A stretch of DNA of 64,000 bases from Pseudomonadota bacterium (GTDB lineage: Bacteria; Pseudomonadota; Alphaproteobacteria; Rhodobacterales; Rhodobacteraceae): positions 7,033 through 71,032 of the forward strand of contig JBCDGG010000003.1 in assembly GCA_038757905.1 (NCBI GenBank). The letters are read 5' to 3'. Positions 20,280 through 29,985 of the stretch are shown here, in pieces. The notes under the pieces are model-generated. The model was not told where the DNA came from and searched no databases. It saw only the letters and a program-made list of their open reading frames with translations. Each line of letters opens with the position of its first letter. Position 1 is the first letter of the stretch. The position numbers and the translations under genes were made by a program.

Positions 20280-21728
20280 ATGAGCGACACTGCCACTGCC
20301 CTACGCTTCGATAACAGCTATGCCGAGCTGCCGGAGCGCTTCTATACCAAGATGGCCCCGACCCCGGTAAAGGCGCCGGAGCTCTTGTTGCTCAACCGGG
20401 CGCTGGCCGAAGATCTCGGGATCGATCCAGAAATCCTGCAGACGCCGGAGGGCACGGCCTGGCTTGCCGGAAACGCCATTCCGAAGGGGGCGGAGCCGCT
20501 CGCGCAGGTCTATGCCGGCCATCAGTTCGGCGGCTTCTCGCCCCAGCTGGGCGACGGCCGCGCGATCCTGCTGGGCGAGGTCATCGGCCGGGACGGGCAG
20601 CGCCGGGACATTCAGTTGAAGGGATCGGGCCGGACGCCCTATTCGCGAATGGGTGACGGGCGCGCCTGGATCGGCCCCGTGATCCGCGAGTTTCTTGTGT
20701 CAGAGGCGATGCATGCGTTCGGGGTGCCGACCACGCGCGCCCTCGCCGCCGTCGCGACCGGCGAGACCGTGGTGCGCGAACGCCCCTATCCGGGCGGGGT
20801 GCTGACCCGGGTCGCGGCCTCGCATCTGAGGGTGGGTACGTTCCAATACTTCGCCGCCCGCGGCGATGTGGAGGCGCTGCGCCTGCTCGCCGACTACGCC
20901 ATCGCCCGGCACTATCCGCAGGCCGACGGCGCGCTGGGTCTGCTGGAGGCCGTGATCGACGCGCAGGCAAGGCTCGTTGCGCGCTGGATGGGGCTGGGCT
21001 TCATCCACGGCGTCATGAACACCGACAACACCACGATCTCCGGCGAAACGATCGACTACGGCCCCTGCGCCTTCATGGACAGCTATCATCCGTCCACCGT
21101 CTATTCCTCGATCGACCATGGCGGCCGCTATGCCTATGCCCGCCAGCCGGAAATTCTTGCCTGGAACCTGGCGCAGCTCGCCTCCGCGCTGATCCCGCTC
21201 ATCGACCCGGACAGCGAGGCCGCCATCGAAAGAGCGCAGGCCGCGATCAACCGCTATCCCGATGCCGCGCAATCGGCCTGGCGCGACGTCTTCCGCGCCA
21301 AGCTCGGGCTGGCCACGGCCGAAGACGGCGACGCCGACCTTGCCATCGCCTTGTTGGAGCGCATGGCCACCGCGAAGGCCGATTTCACCAACACGTTCCG
21401 CGGCCTCGCAGACGGCACGGCGCGGGACTGGTTCACCGACCGCGCCCCGTTCGAGGCGTGGGAACGCGACTGGCGCGCCCGCATGGCGCGGGAGCCCGAT
21501 CCGGAGGGCGCCCCGGCCCGACTGCGCGCGGCGAATCCGGCGCTCGTGCCCCGCAATCACCGCGTCGAGGAAGCCATCGCCGCCGCGCTCGAGGGCGATC
21601 TTGAACCGACGAGAGCCCTGCATAGCGCGCTGGCCACGCCGTTTGCCGATCTGACGGCGGCGACGCGCGCCTTTGCCGTTCCTCCGGAGCCGGAAGAAGT
21701 CGTCCAGGCCACGTTCTGCGGCACCTGA
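20280..21728 (+). CDS. selO: Protein adenylyltransferase (AMPylase) SelO/YdiU
   Basis: [31 protein letters not shown] and [19 protein letters not shown] are canonical SelO blocks. Confidence 0.9.
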   Translation: MSDTATALRFDNSYAELPERFYTKMAPTPVKAPELLLLNRALAEDLGIDPEILQTPEGTAWLAGNAIPKGAEPLAQVYAGHQFGGFSPQLGDGRAILLGEVIGRDGQRRDIQLKGSGRTPYSRMGDGRAWIGPVIREFLVSEAMHAFGVPTTRALAAVATGETVVRERPYPGGVLTRVAASHLRVGTFQYFAARGDVEALRLLADYAIARHYPQADGALGLLEAVIDAQARLVARWMGLGFIHGVMNTDNTTISGETIDYGPCAFMDSYHPSTVYSSIDHGGRYAYARQPEILAWNLAQLASALIPLIDPDSEAAIERAQAAINRYPDAAQSAWRDVFRAKLGLATAEDGDADLAIALLERMATAKADFTNTFRGLADGTARDWFTDRAPFEAWERDWRARMAREPDPEGAPARLRAANPALVPRNHRVEEAIAAALEGDLEPTRALHSALATPFADLTAATRAFAVPPEPEEVVQATFCGT

Positions 21729-22029
21729 TCGCCGCGGCCGGCGCGCAGCTCCGCTCCGACCGCGACGTGGCGCTCGAGGCGGCGCACCAGCCGCACGTCA
21801 CCGGGAAGACAGGGCGGCGCGCGCCCGCGCGGGCCGTTCTTGGGGGCCGCGCATAGCGCATTCTGCGGCCCCGGCCCCTAGATCTTGATCCGGGCGCGGC
21901 GCAGCTGCAACGTTCACATCACGCTTCAACACTTTGACGTAGTTCCTTCTTTCTGCCCGCCAATTTCTCACTACGGTCGACACTCGCGGGCCCCGTACCG
22001 CGTACTGGTAAACCGGACAGGCTGGCCCA

Positions 22030-23460
22030 ATGGCGTATCGTATCCCGCTCTTTTCAGGTTTGAGCTATGCATCCCGGCGCTTCTGGATCGGCGGCGTCGC
22101 CCTTGCCTGGGCGTTGGCGGCCTGCGCCCCCGCCCCGGCGCCGGATCTGGCGGAACGGCGCGCGGGCTTCGCCGGGCCCCTGCCCCCGATGAAGAGCTTT
22201 TCCGGCGCGCGCACGGCACCGACGATCCGCTCCAACCGCGAGATCGCTGCGGATTTCCTGGATCTGTCGTTCGAGATGGAGAGCGGGCGGCGCCTGATGG
22301 CGCTGTCGCGCTTCGAGGGGCCCGTTCGCGTGGCCGTGCGCGGCAAGGCACCGGCCAGCCTGGAGCCCGACCTCGCCGCCCTGCTGACGCGGCTGCGCTC
22401 CGAGGCGGGCATCGACATCGCCCGCGCCACGGACAGCGACGACGCCAACCTGGTGGTCGAGGTCCTGACGCGCCGGGAGCTTCAGCGCCTCGTCCCGCAG
22501 GCGGCGTGTTTCGTCGTGCCGCGTGTGTCGAGCTGGGAGGAGTTCCGCCGCGAACGCCGGTCCCGCACCGTCGACTGGACGACGCTGACGGAGCGCACGC
22601 AGGCTGCGATCTTCCTGCCGGGCGACGTCAGCCCGCAGGAGATCCGCGATTGCCTGCACGAGGAAGTAGCCCAGGCCCTCGGCCCGCTGAACGACCTCTA
22701 CCGCTTGCCCGACAGCGTCTTCAACGACGACAACTTTCACACGGTGCTGACCGGGTTCGACATGCTGATCCTGCGGATCACCTACGATTCCGCACTGCAA
22801 TCGGGCCTGTCGCGCGCCGAGGTGGCGAGCCGTTTGCCGGGCGTACTGGCGCGTCTCAATCCGCGCGGACAGGGCATTCCCGGCCGCCGCCCCGCGCCGA
22901 CACCGCGCGAGTGGCAGGACGCCATAGAAACCGCGCTCGGGCCGCGCGCCTCCGGGCCGCAGCGGCAGGCCGCCGCCCGCAACGCCGTCCAGATCGCGCA
23001 GGCGCAGGGGTGGACGGGGCCGCGACGGGCGTTCTCGCTCTATGCGCTTGGCCGGTTGTCCCTGGGCACCGATCCCGAGCTGGCCCTGGCGTCGTTCCTG
23101 GAAGCAGGCGCGATCTACCGCTCCCGGTCCGACACCCGCATCCAGGCCGCCCACGTGGCCATGCAACTCGCCGCGTTTTCGCTGAGCGCCGGCCAGATCG
23201 ACAGCACCCTGGCCCTTGTCGAGGACAGTTTGCCCGCAGTCTCCGCCTCGCAGAACGCCGCCCTGCTGGCGACCCTGATGCTGATCCAATCCGAAGCGTT
23301 GGAGCTGGCGGGCCGGGATGGCGAGGCCGCGCGCGTCAAGGAGGAGGCCCTTGGCTGGGCGCGCTACGGCTTCGGCTCGGACGCGGTTGTCCGGGCCCGC
23401 GCGTCGGAGATTGCAAGTCTGGGTCAACCACGTCTTGCTCCGGCCCGATCCGGCGGATAA
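22030..23460 (+). CDS. DUF2927 lipoprotein with a C-terminal helical (TPR-like) extension
   Basis: Lipobox LAWALAAC. Conserved DUF2927 blocks FEGPVRV, AACFVVP, PQEIRDCLHEEVAQALGPLNDLYRLPDSVFNDDNFH..LTGFDMLILR. An Ala/Leu-rich tail of about 190 aa follows. Confidence 0.78.
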   Translation: MAYRIPLFSGLSYASRRFWIGGVALAWALAACAPAPAPDLAERRAGFAGPLPPMKSFSGARTAPTIRSNREIAADFLDLSFEMESGRRLMALSRFEGPVRVAVRGKAPASLEPDLAALLTRLRSEAGIDIARATDSDDANLVVEVLTRRELQRLVPQAACFVVPRVSSWEEFRRERRSRTVDWTTLTERTQAAIFLPGDVSPQEIRDCLHEEVAQALGPLNDLYRLPDSVFNDDNFHTVLTGFDMLILRITYDSALQSGLSRAEVASRLPGVLARLNPRGQGIPGRRPAPTPREWQDAIETALGPRASGPQRQAAARNAVQIAQAQGWTGPRRAFSLYALGRLSLGTDPELALASFLEAGAIYRSRSDTRIQAAHVAMQLAAFSLSAGQIDSTLALVEDSLPAVSASQNAALLATLMLIQSEALELAGRDGEAARVKEEALGWARYGFGSDAVVRARASEIASLGQPRLAPARSGG

Positions 23461-23493
23461 GCCATCGGCGCTGACCTCCGGAGCGCGCCCAAC

Positions 23494-23658
23494 ATGATCA
23501 TCCTTGCCGCCGCCCTGTTCGGCGCAGTTCTCGGCGCCTACCGCGCCCGTGCTCGGGGCGGAACCCGGGCGGATATGGCACAGTACGGAGCGGCGCATGC
23601 AATTGCCTTTGCGCTGCTGGGCCTGTTCGCCACTATTGCGCTGGAATACTCGCTCTAG
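23494..23658 (+). CDS. Small two-TM membrane protein (54 aa), below the ORF-track length cutoff
   Basis: Hand translation: MIILAAALFGAVLGAYRARARGGTRADMAQYGAAHAIAFALLGLFATIALEYSL. Two hydrophobic helices flank a basic loop. Third-position GC is high. It sits between two same-strand genes. Confidence 0.5.
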   Translation: MIILAAALFGAVLGAYRARARGGTRADMAQYGAAHAIAFALLGLFATIALEYSL

Positions 23659-23706
23659 CAGGAGCCGCTGTCCCGCATTGCGGGCAGACGACACGGGAGG
23701 AGCCGG

Positions 23707-24003
23707 ATGGCCCGTAGCTTTCTTGGTGCAGTTCTGATCGCCACAGCGGCGCTCGGCAGCGCTCTCCCCGCCCACTCCCTGGAGCGGCGAGTGACGGTGA
23801 CGGGGCTGGTGGGCGAAGAGATGCTGAAGCTCCGCGCCGGGCCCGGCACGGGCTTCCGCGTGATCGTCGGCCTGCCGGAGGGCACGGCGCTGATCAATCG
23901 CGGCTGCGAGCGGGTGGGCGGCACGCCCTGGTGCGAAGTCTCGCTCGAGGAGGTGCGGCGGCTGCGCGGCTATGTCTCGGGGCACTATCTGAAGGACGAG
24001 TAG
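23707..24003 (+). CDS. Secreted bacterial SH3-domain protein
   Basis: Signal peptide MARSFLGAVLIATAALGSALPAHS, then LKLRAGPGTGFRVIVGLPEGTAL...WCEV...GYVSGHYL (SH3b pattern). GGAGG lies upstream. Confidence 0.7.
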   Translation: MARSFLGAVLIATAALGSALPAHSLERRVTVTGLVGEEMLKLRAGPGTGFRVIVGLPEGTALINRGCERVGGTPWCEVSLEEVRRLRGYVSGHYLKDE

Positions 24004-24135
24004 CGCCGCGCGGAGATGTCCGGCGCGCCGTCGCCCCACACCTCCCCCGCAACAGCCCCACAGGGCACACGAAACAGATGAGACAAGGGGCCGCCGGGTG
24101 ACGGACTGACGGACGGCCTTTGCGGCCGCCCCGCC

Positions 24136-25293
24136 CTATCCCTTCACCGCGCCCGCCGTCAGGCCGCTGACGATCTGGCGCTGGAACACCATGACCAGCA
24201 GGAAGAGCGGCGCGGTGATCGATACGGCCGCCGCCACAGCTTCCACCTGGTCAGTCGTCGTCGTCTCACGGTTGAAATAGCCCGCGATGGCCGGAACCAT
24301 CGTCTGGTTCTGTGCATCGAGCAGGAGCGACGTCACCAGAATGTCATTGTAGGCCAACAGGAACGAGAACAGCCCCGTCGTGATCACACCCGGCCACATC
24401 ACCGGCATGATCACCCAGCGGAACGCCTGGAAATGCGTGCAGCCATCGACACGGGCGGCCTCGTCCAGTTCCGTCGGAATGTTCTGGAAGAACGAGCGCA
24501 GCATCCAGATCGTGAAGGGCTGGTTGATCGACACCAGGACCGCAATCACCGCCAAGGGCTGACCGTAGAGCGTCGGCGCGTTCTCTCCCAGGATCGGCGC
24601 CAGGATCTCGGCGGAGTTGATGAAGACCGGCAGATACCCCGCCACGAGAACCGTGTGCGGCAGCGCCCGGAAGACCAGCGCGATGATCAGGATCCAGAAC
24701 GCGATGGTGGAGCCCGACCGCGCCAGCCCGTAGCCCGCCAGCGTCCCCACCGTGAGTGACACGGTCACCACCCCGGCAGTGATCAGCATGGAGTTGAGGA
24801 AGTTGCGGTAGAACGCGTTGTCGACCCAGACCGACTGGTAATGCACCGTCGTCAGCCCCAGGACGGGATCGCCGAGCGGACCGGCGATTGCATTCAGGCC
24901 GCCAAGGATCAGCGGCAGAACGAAGAAGAACACCACCACGAAAGCCAGCGCATAGGCGATGACACCGCCGACCCAGCCGATCAGAAGCAGGCCCTGGGGC
25001 GTGAACCGCGCAATCCAGCCCGGCAGATTCCGAAACGCGATGCGGATCGCCAGATAGAGCACGATGAGGCCCGCGATCATGTCGAGCACGGACAGCCCGT
25101 TGCCCGCCGCCCGCGTGGCCGGGCCCGTGATCACCTCCCACGGGCTGGCCGAGAACGCATCCACCGGGGATTTGAAGCTCATCACCGCGATCCAGAAGAT
25201 CGGGAACGCAGCCAGCAGCAACCAGAAGGCCAAAAAGCCGCCGGAGAGGAACTTGAGCCAGATCGGCTGCCGCAGGGCCTTGGGCGTCGACAT
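24136..25293 (-). CDS. Carbohydrate ABC transporter permease (MalG-like) with about 100 extra residues containing additional hydrophobic segments
   Basis: The C-terminal two-thirds is a typical CUT1 permease (EAA-type loop ELDEAARVDGCTHFQAFRWVIMP). 385 aa versus about 280 usual. GAGGAGG RBS. Confidence 0.82.
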   Translation of the reverse strand: MSTPKALRQPIWLKFLSGGFLAFWLLLAAFPIFWIAVMSFKSPVDAFSASPWEVITGPATRAAGNGLSVLDMIAGLIVLYLAIRIAFRNLPGWIARFTPQGLLLIGWVGGVIAYALAFVVVFFFVLPLILGGLNAIAGPLGDPVLGLTTVHYQSVWVDNAFYRNFLNSMLITAGVVTVSLTVGTLAGYGLARSGSTIAFWILIIALVFRALPHTVLVAGYLPVFINSAEILAPILGENAPTLYGQPLAVIAVLVSINQPFTIWMLRSFFQNIPTELDEAARVDGCTHFQAFRWVIMPVMWPGVITTGLFSFLLAYNDILVTSLLLDAQNQTMVPAIAGYFNRETTTTDQVEAVAAAVSITAPLFLLVMVFQRQIVSGLTAGAVKG

Positions 25294-25305
25294 GGAGCGG
25301 CCTCC

Positions 25306-26328
25306 TCAGGACTTGCCGTGGTGGTCGCGCCAGGTGCGGCGCAGAAGCGGGATGAGCAGGATCACGATGCCCACCATGGTCAGCATGGCCGAGGCCGACG
25401 CGCGCGAGATCGCGCGGTTGCCGGCATCGTCGGGAGTGAGCAGATCGTAGGTGAGCCATTGCAGCGTGATGCGGTAGGCCTGCGAGGAGAAGCCGATGAC
25501 CTCCTCGAAGGCGCGATAGGCATCCATCAGATGGATCAGCGCGACGAAGATGATCAGCGGCATCAGATGCGGGATCACCACGTATTTCAGCCGCTCCCAG
25601 CGGCTGGCGCCGTCGATGATCGCCGATTCCAGCGTGTCCTGGTTCACCGTCTGCAGACCCGCGTAGAAGATCACGAAGGCGAACGGCGCCACGTGCCAGA
25701 CGCGGTAGAACATCATCAGGATCTCGATGGCCCAGCCATTGGCGGCGACGGAGATGTCGGTCATCAGCCAGCCTTCGAGCAGCGCGGTGACGATCCCGTC
25801 GCCGTAGAACAGCCAGCGGATCGACAGCGCCCCGATCACGGGCGTGATGATGAAGGGCAGAAGCGAGACGAAGATCACCGGGCCCTTGATCGCCTTCGCG
25901 GCGTTATTGACCGTAACGGCGATGGCCAGGCCCATCCCGATCACGAGCGGCAGGGTGATCAGTGTGAAGGTCAGCGTGAAGCGCAGCGCTTTCCAGAAGT
26001 CGATGCTCAGGATCGAGCCGAGCCCCGCGCCCGAAAACGCCTGCCCGAGCTGTTCGATGCCGAGCACGCGGGCATAGCTGAGAAAGCCGACCCATTCGGT
26101 CGTCGTCACCGGGTTGCCCGCCTCGTCCAGCACGGGCTGCGTCTTCATCTCGGTCACGCAGGTCTGTTCCAGGAACCCTGCGGTGCAGGTCTCGACCTCC
26201 ACCTGCTGGACGACGGGTTGCGTGATCTGAAAGCTCTGCAGAAACACGCTGGCGAGCGGGAACGCGATGAAGATCAGCATCAGCACCATCGACGGCGCGA
26301 CGAACCAGAGGAATGTGCGGAACTTCAT
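25306..26328 (-). CDS. Carbohydrate ABC transporter permease (MalF-like)
   Basis: Start at MKFRTFLWFVAPSMVLMLIF. EAA-type loop LESAIIDGASRWERLKYVVIP. Confidence 0.82.
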   Translation of the reverse strand: MKFRTFLWFVAPSMVLMLIFIAFPLASVFLQSFQITQPVVQQVEVETCTAGFLEQTCVTEMKTQPVLDEAGNPVTTTEWVGFLSYARVLGIEQLGQAFSGAGLGSILSIDFWKALRFTLTFTLITLPLVIGMGLAIAVTVNNAAKAIKGPVIFVSLLPFIITPVIGALSIRWLFYGDGIVTALLEGWLMTDISVAANGWAIEILMMFYRVWHVAPFAFVIFYAGLQTVNQDTLESAIIDGASRWERLKYVVIPHLMPLIIFVALIHLMDAYRAFEEVIGFSSQAYRITLQWLTYDLLTPDDAGNRAISRASASAMLTMVGIVILLIPLLRRTWRDHHGKS

Positions 26329-26421
26329 GGCGGTCTCCGGGGGGCTGCCCTGCGCGGCGGCGCGATGAGGCAAAAGGGGCCGGGCCGCGCCCAACGGGCG
26401 GCCCGGCGGAGGGAGGTGGCG

Positions 26422-27645
26422 CTACTCGGCGAGCCCGGCCTCGGCCGCGGCGGTCAGGTAGGCATCCTGGATCGCCGCGAGGGTCGCGGCCGCGTCACGC
26501 TCGCCCGTGAAGAAGGCGGGCAGCTCATTGCCAAGTGCGGTGTGCATCAGGCCCATCTCGCTCGACGAGGGGTAGGACGGCGGCGGCGGCGAAGCGGTGG
26601 CGGCGGCAATGGCCCCCGCGGCCAGGCGCGTGGGCTCGTAGCCCTCCACAAGCCAGATGGCGGCATCGTTCGCGCCGGTCACCATCTCGGCGTCCATGCC
26701 TTCCATGGCGACGCGGAACGCGGCCTCCGCCACATCGTCGGGGATGTTCTGGGCGATCACGATGCCGTCCCACCACAGGGTGGTGGCCGGGCTGCCGCCC
26801 GCCATCGCAAGGGGGGCCGCGGCGCCGTTGACCATGCCGACGACCTGGCTTTCCTCGGCGTTGTCCATCGCACCGCCGCGCGAGGCCCAGAGGTTCGCCA
26901 TTGCGATTTTGCCCTGCTGGAACTGCTGCTGCACGTAGGTCGAGTCCGACACCAGAACCTCGGGGTCGGTGAACTCGGTCAGGGCCATCATCGTACCGAG
27001 CGCATTCATCGCCGGTTCCGAGGATCCGATGGTTTCGAACGCATCCCCCGTGAACGCGCCGCCATAGCCGGCATACATGTTCACGAAGTCCTGGGCGAGG
27101 TTCCAGCCGGACTTCATCGTCATGCCGAGCGGGTATTCGACGACGCCCGCCTCCTGGATTGCAGCTGCCGCGGCGAGCACCTCGTCATAGGTGGTCGGCA
27201 CGTCGAGGCCCAGATCGTCGAAGATGTCCTGACGGTACATCAGGTGCTGCACGTTCACCATCATCGCCACGGCCATCGTCTCGCCGTCGATCTTGATCAG
27301 CTGATTGGGGCGCAGGTTCTGGCCGTACTTGGCGATCAGATCGTCGAGCGGCCGGATGGTGCCTTCGTTCAGAAGCGGCGTGATCGTGCCGTTGGCCACG
27401 CCGCCAATCGCGTAGAGCCAGGGGTTGGCCGCGAAGGCCGACGGTTGCTTCTGACGAAACTCCTGATCGAGTTCGGCTTCGAAGTTGCCGCACTCGGCCA
27501 TGGCATCCGTCGCGGCCTTCCACGCTTCGAACCCGGCCGAAAGCGACGAGACCGGGATCTCGTTCTCGAAGGCGCAGGCCCAGGCGCCCGAGGCGGTCAG
27601 GCCGACGACCCCCGCCATTAGGATGGATTTCACGGTCATTCTCAT
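26422..27645 (-). CDS. ABC transporter substrate-binding protein (family 1, sugar type)
   Basis: Signal peptide MRMTVKSILMAGVVGLTASGAWA. About 400 aa with the general SBP family 1 pattern. The ligand is not inferable. Confidence 0.78.
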   Translation of the reverse strand: MRMTVKSILMAGVVGLTASGAWACAFENEIPVSSLSAGFEAWKAATDAMAECGNFEAELDQEFRQKQPSAFAANPWLYAIGGVANGTITPLLNEGTIRPLDDLIAKYGQNLRPNQLIKIDGETMAVAMMVNVQHLMYRQDIFDDLGLDVPTTYDEVLAAAAAIQEAGVVEYPLGMTMKSGWNLAQDFVNMYAGYGGAFTGDAFETIGSSEPAMNALGTMMALTEFTDPEVLVSDSTYVQQQFQQGKIAMANLWASRGGAMDNAEESQVVGMVNGAAAPLAMAGGSPATTLWWDGIVIAQNIPDDVAEAAFRVAMEGMDAEMVTGANDAAIWLVEGYEPTRLAAGAIAAATASPPPPSYPSSSEMGLMHTALGNELPAFFTGERDAAATLAAIQDAYLTAAAEAGLAE

Positions 27646-27673
27646 TGCTCCCTGTTCTTGCGCGGCGCGGGGC

Positions 27674-28729
27674 TTACTTGCCGCCGCCGACGCGCTCTCC
27701 TGTTGCCGTATCGAATAGGTGGCATATCGAGGCCGGGACCGAGAAGTGCGCCACTTGTCCGATCTCGATCCTGTAATCCTTGTGCGCCTTCACCGCGACG
27801 AGCCCGCCGCCCGCTTTCACGGTGATCATCGTGGCATCGCCCAGCAGTTCGAGGGTGTAGACCGCCGCGTTGACCTCGGACTTGGCGTCCGAGACATGCG
27901 CGTCTTCCGCGCGGAACCCCAGCGTGACGTTGCCGTCCGGTCCCGTGAGCCCGGCAACTTCGACGCCTTCGGTGCGGAACGTGCCGCCCTGCATCTCGCC
28001 GTCGAGCAGGTTCATGGCAGGCGAGCCGATGAAGGACGCAACGAAGGTATTGGCGGGGTTGTCGTAAATCTCGGTCGGCGTGCCGACCTGCTGCACCACG
28101 CCCTGTTTCATCACCACCACGCGGTCGGCAAGCGTCATCGCTTCGATCTGGTCATGGGTGACGTAGATCGTCGTCACCTTCAGCTCGTGGGAGAGGTTCT
28201 TGATCTGCGCCCGGGTGGAGACCCTCAGCTTGGCGTCGAGGTTCGACAGCGGCTCGTCCATCAGAAAGACGTTGGGCTCGCGCACGATGGCCCGGGCGAG
28301 CGCCACGCGCTGGCGCTGGCCGCCGGACAGTTCGGCGGGCTTGCGGTGCATGAAGGGCTCAAGCTCCACCATGGCCGCGGCGCGGTTGACACGGTCCTCA
28401 TGCTCTGCCTCTGGCACTTTGCGCACCTTCAGCGGGAAGCGGATGTTCTCGTAGACGTTCATGTTGGGGTAGAGCCCGTAGGACTGGAACACCATGGCGA
28501 TGTCGCGGTCTTTGGGGTCGAGGTCGTTGACCACCCGCCCGTCGATGGAGATCGTGCCCTCGGTCACATCCTCCAGCCCGGCGATCATGCGCATCGTCGT
28601 GGTCTTGCCGCAGCCCGACGGGCCGAGCAGCACCAGAAACTCCTGATCGGCGATGGTCAGGTCGAAGTTGTCCACCCCGACAAAACTGCCCCAACGCTTG
28701 CCCACGTTCTGAAGTCTGATTTCCGCCAT
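27674..28729 (-). CDS. Sugar ABC transporter ATP-binding protein (UgpC/MalK type)
   Basis: Start at MAEIRLQNVGKRWG. GPSGCGKTT, LSGGQRQRVALARA, FLMDEPLSNLD, and a C-terminal MalK-like regulatory domain. Confidence 0.88.
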   Translation of the reverse strand: MAEIRLQNVGKRWGSFVGVDNFDLTIADQEFLVLLGPSGCGKTTTMRMIAGLEDVTEGTISIDGRVVNDLDPKDRDIAMVFQSYGLYPNMNVYENIRFPLKVRKVPEAEHEDRVNRAAAMVELEPFMHRKPAELSGGQRQRVALARAIVREPNVFLMDEPLSNLDAKLRVSTRAQIKNLSHELKVTTIYVTHDQIEAMTLADRVVVMKQGVVQQVGTPTEIYDNPANTFVASFIGSPAMNLLDGEMQGGTFRTEGVEVAGLTGPDGNVTLGFRAEDAHVSDAKSEVNAAVYTLELLGDATMITVKAGGGLVAVKAHKDYRIEIGQVAHFSVPASICHLFDTATGERVGGGK

Positions 28730-28932
28730 GTCGCCCCCTGGTCGCCCCCTGTCGCGCGGCCCGGATGGCCGGCCGCCCTTCCCGTTCCAGCGGCGAAAAC
28801 GCCGGTGTCGGATCGCCCTGCGCGCCTTGCATACCTGCTTTGCAATCCTATGCAAGAGAGCTAGACACATCCCGAGCGTTCTGCCAACCCCCTTGAGCGC
28901 GAAATCGAAACGAGCAAGCAGGGAAACCGATT

Positions 28933-29946
28933 ATGGCAGGGTTCAGAGAGCGGGCGCACGCCGGATTGAACGCGCTCATGTCGGCCGATGACGCCGATTT
29001 CGGCACGCTTGCCCGCGATCTCATCTCCGCCGAATCCGTGTGGGATATCGCGGCCCCGGTGAACCGTCTGGAGGGGCGCGATGTCATTGTGGAACAGTTC
29101 CTTCGCCCCCTGCGCGGGGCGCTGGCCGCCTGCCGGCGCCGCGACGAGATCTTCATCGGCGGGCAGAACATCCGCGAGGAAGGCGGGCGCTGGGTCGCCT
29201 CGGTCACGCATTATGTCGGCAACTTCGATGCGGCGCTCTGGGGCGTGGATCCCGCGCATCATCTGGTGTTCCTGCGGGCGGGCGAATTCTACCGGCTCGA
29301 TGGCCCGCAAGGCGCCGAAGAGATCACCAAGGCGCGAATCATCGTCGATCTGCCGGACCTGATGCGCCAATGCGGGGCGCGGCCCTTCGATGCTCATCTC
29401 GGCACCGAGATGCTGTTCCCTGGCCCCGCCACCCATGACGGCGTGCTCCCGACCCCGGGCCGCGGCACCGCCTCGCTCGACCTCGTGGAGCGCATGCTGG
29501 CCGATCTGCACAAGTTCGACCCCGACACCAAGCACTCGCACGGCCAGACGGGCGACGACTGCGCCTGGGACGAGCACATGCTGTGGTATGGGCCCGGCGG
29601 CATCGGCGCGAACTACCTGTGGGACGGGTTCGTGAAGGACCACCGCGCGGACTTCCTGCATGCCTTTCCCGACCGGAAGGGCGGCGATCATTACTGCCGG
29701 ATCGGCGACGGGGACTATGCCGCCGTGTCCGGCTGGCCCTCGATGACCATGACCCATCGCGGCCCGTATCTGGGCGTCCCCGCCACGCAGCGAAAAATGA
29801 CCCTGCGGGTGATGGACTTCTACCGCTGCGACTACGCCCGCCATCCCTCCGGCAAGATCGCGGAGAACTGGGTACTTCTTGATTACGTGCAGCTTTTCGA
29901 ACAAATGGGCGTCGACCTGATCGCGCGCGGCAACGCACGCGGTTGA
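28933..29946 (+). CDS. Hypothetical protein, probably two tandem NTF2-like/SnoaL-type (ester-cyclase-like) domains
   Basis: Good coding statistics. The C-terminal block MDFYRCDY..GKIAENWVLLDYVQLFEQMGVDL resembles SnoaL-like ester cyclases. The N-terminal half has the same length and a similar pattern. Function unknown. Confidence 0.5.
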   Translation: MAGFRERAHAGLNALMSADDADFGTLARDLISAESVWDIAAPVNRLEGRDVIVEQFLRPLRGALAACRRRDEIFIGGQNIREEGGRWVASVTHYVGNFDAALWGVDPAHHLVFLRAGEFYRLDGPQGAEEITKARIIVDLPDLMRQCGARPFDAHLGTEMLFPGPATHDGVLPTPGRGTASLDLVERMLADLHKFDPDTKHSHGQTGDDCAWDEHMLWYGPGGIGANYLWDGFVKDHRADFLHAFPDRKGGDHYCRIGDGDYAAVSGWPSMTMTHRGPYLGVPATQRKMTLRVMDFYRCDYARHPSGKIAENWVLLDYVQLFEQMGVDLIARGNARG

Positions 29947-29985
29947 GCGCCCGGGCGGCGCGGCACGTCAAGGACGGAGAGCGCC

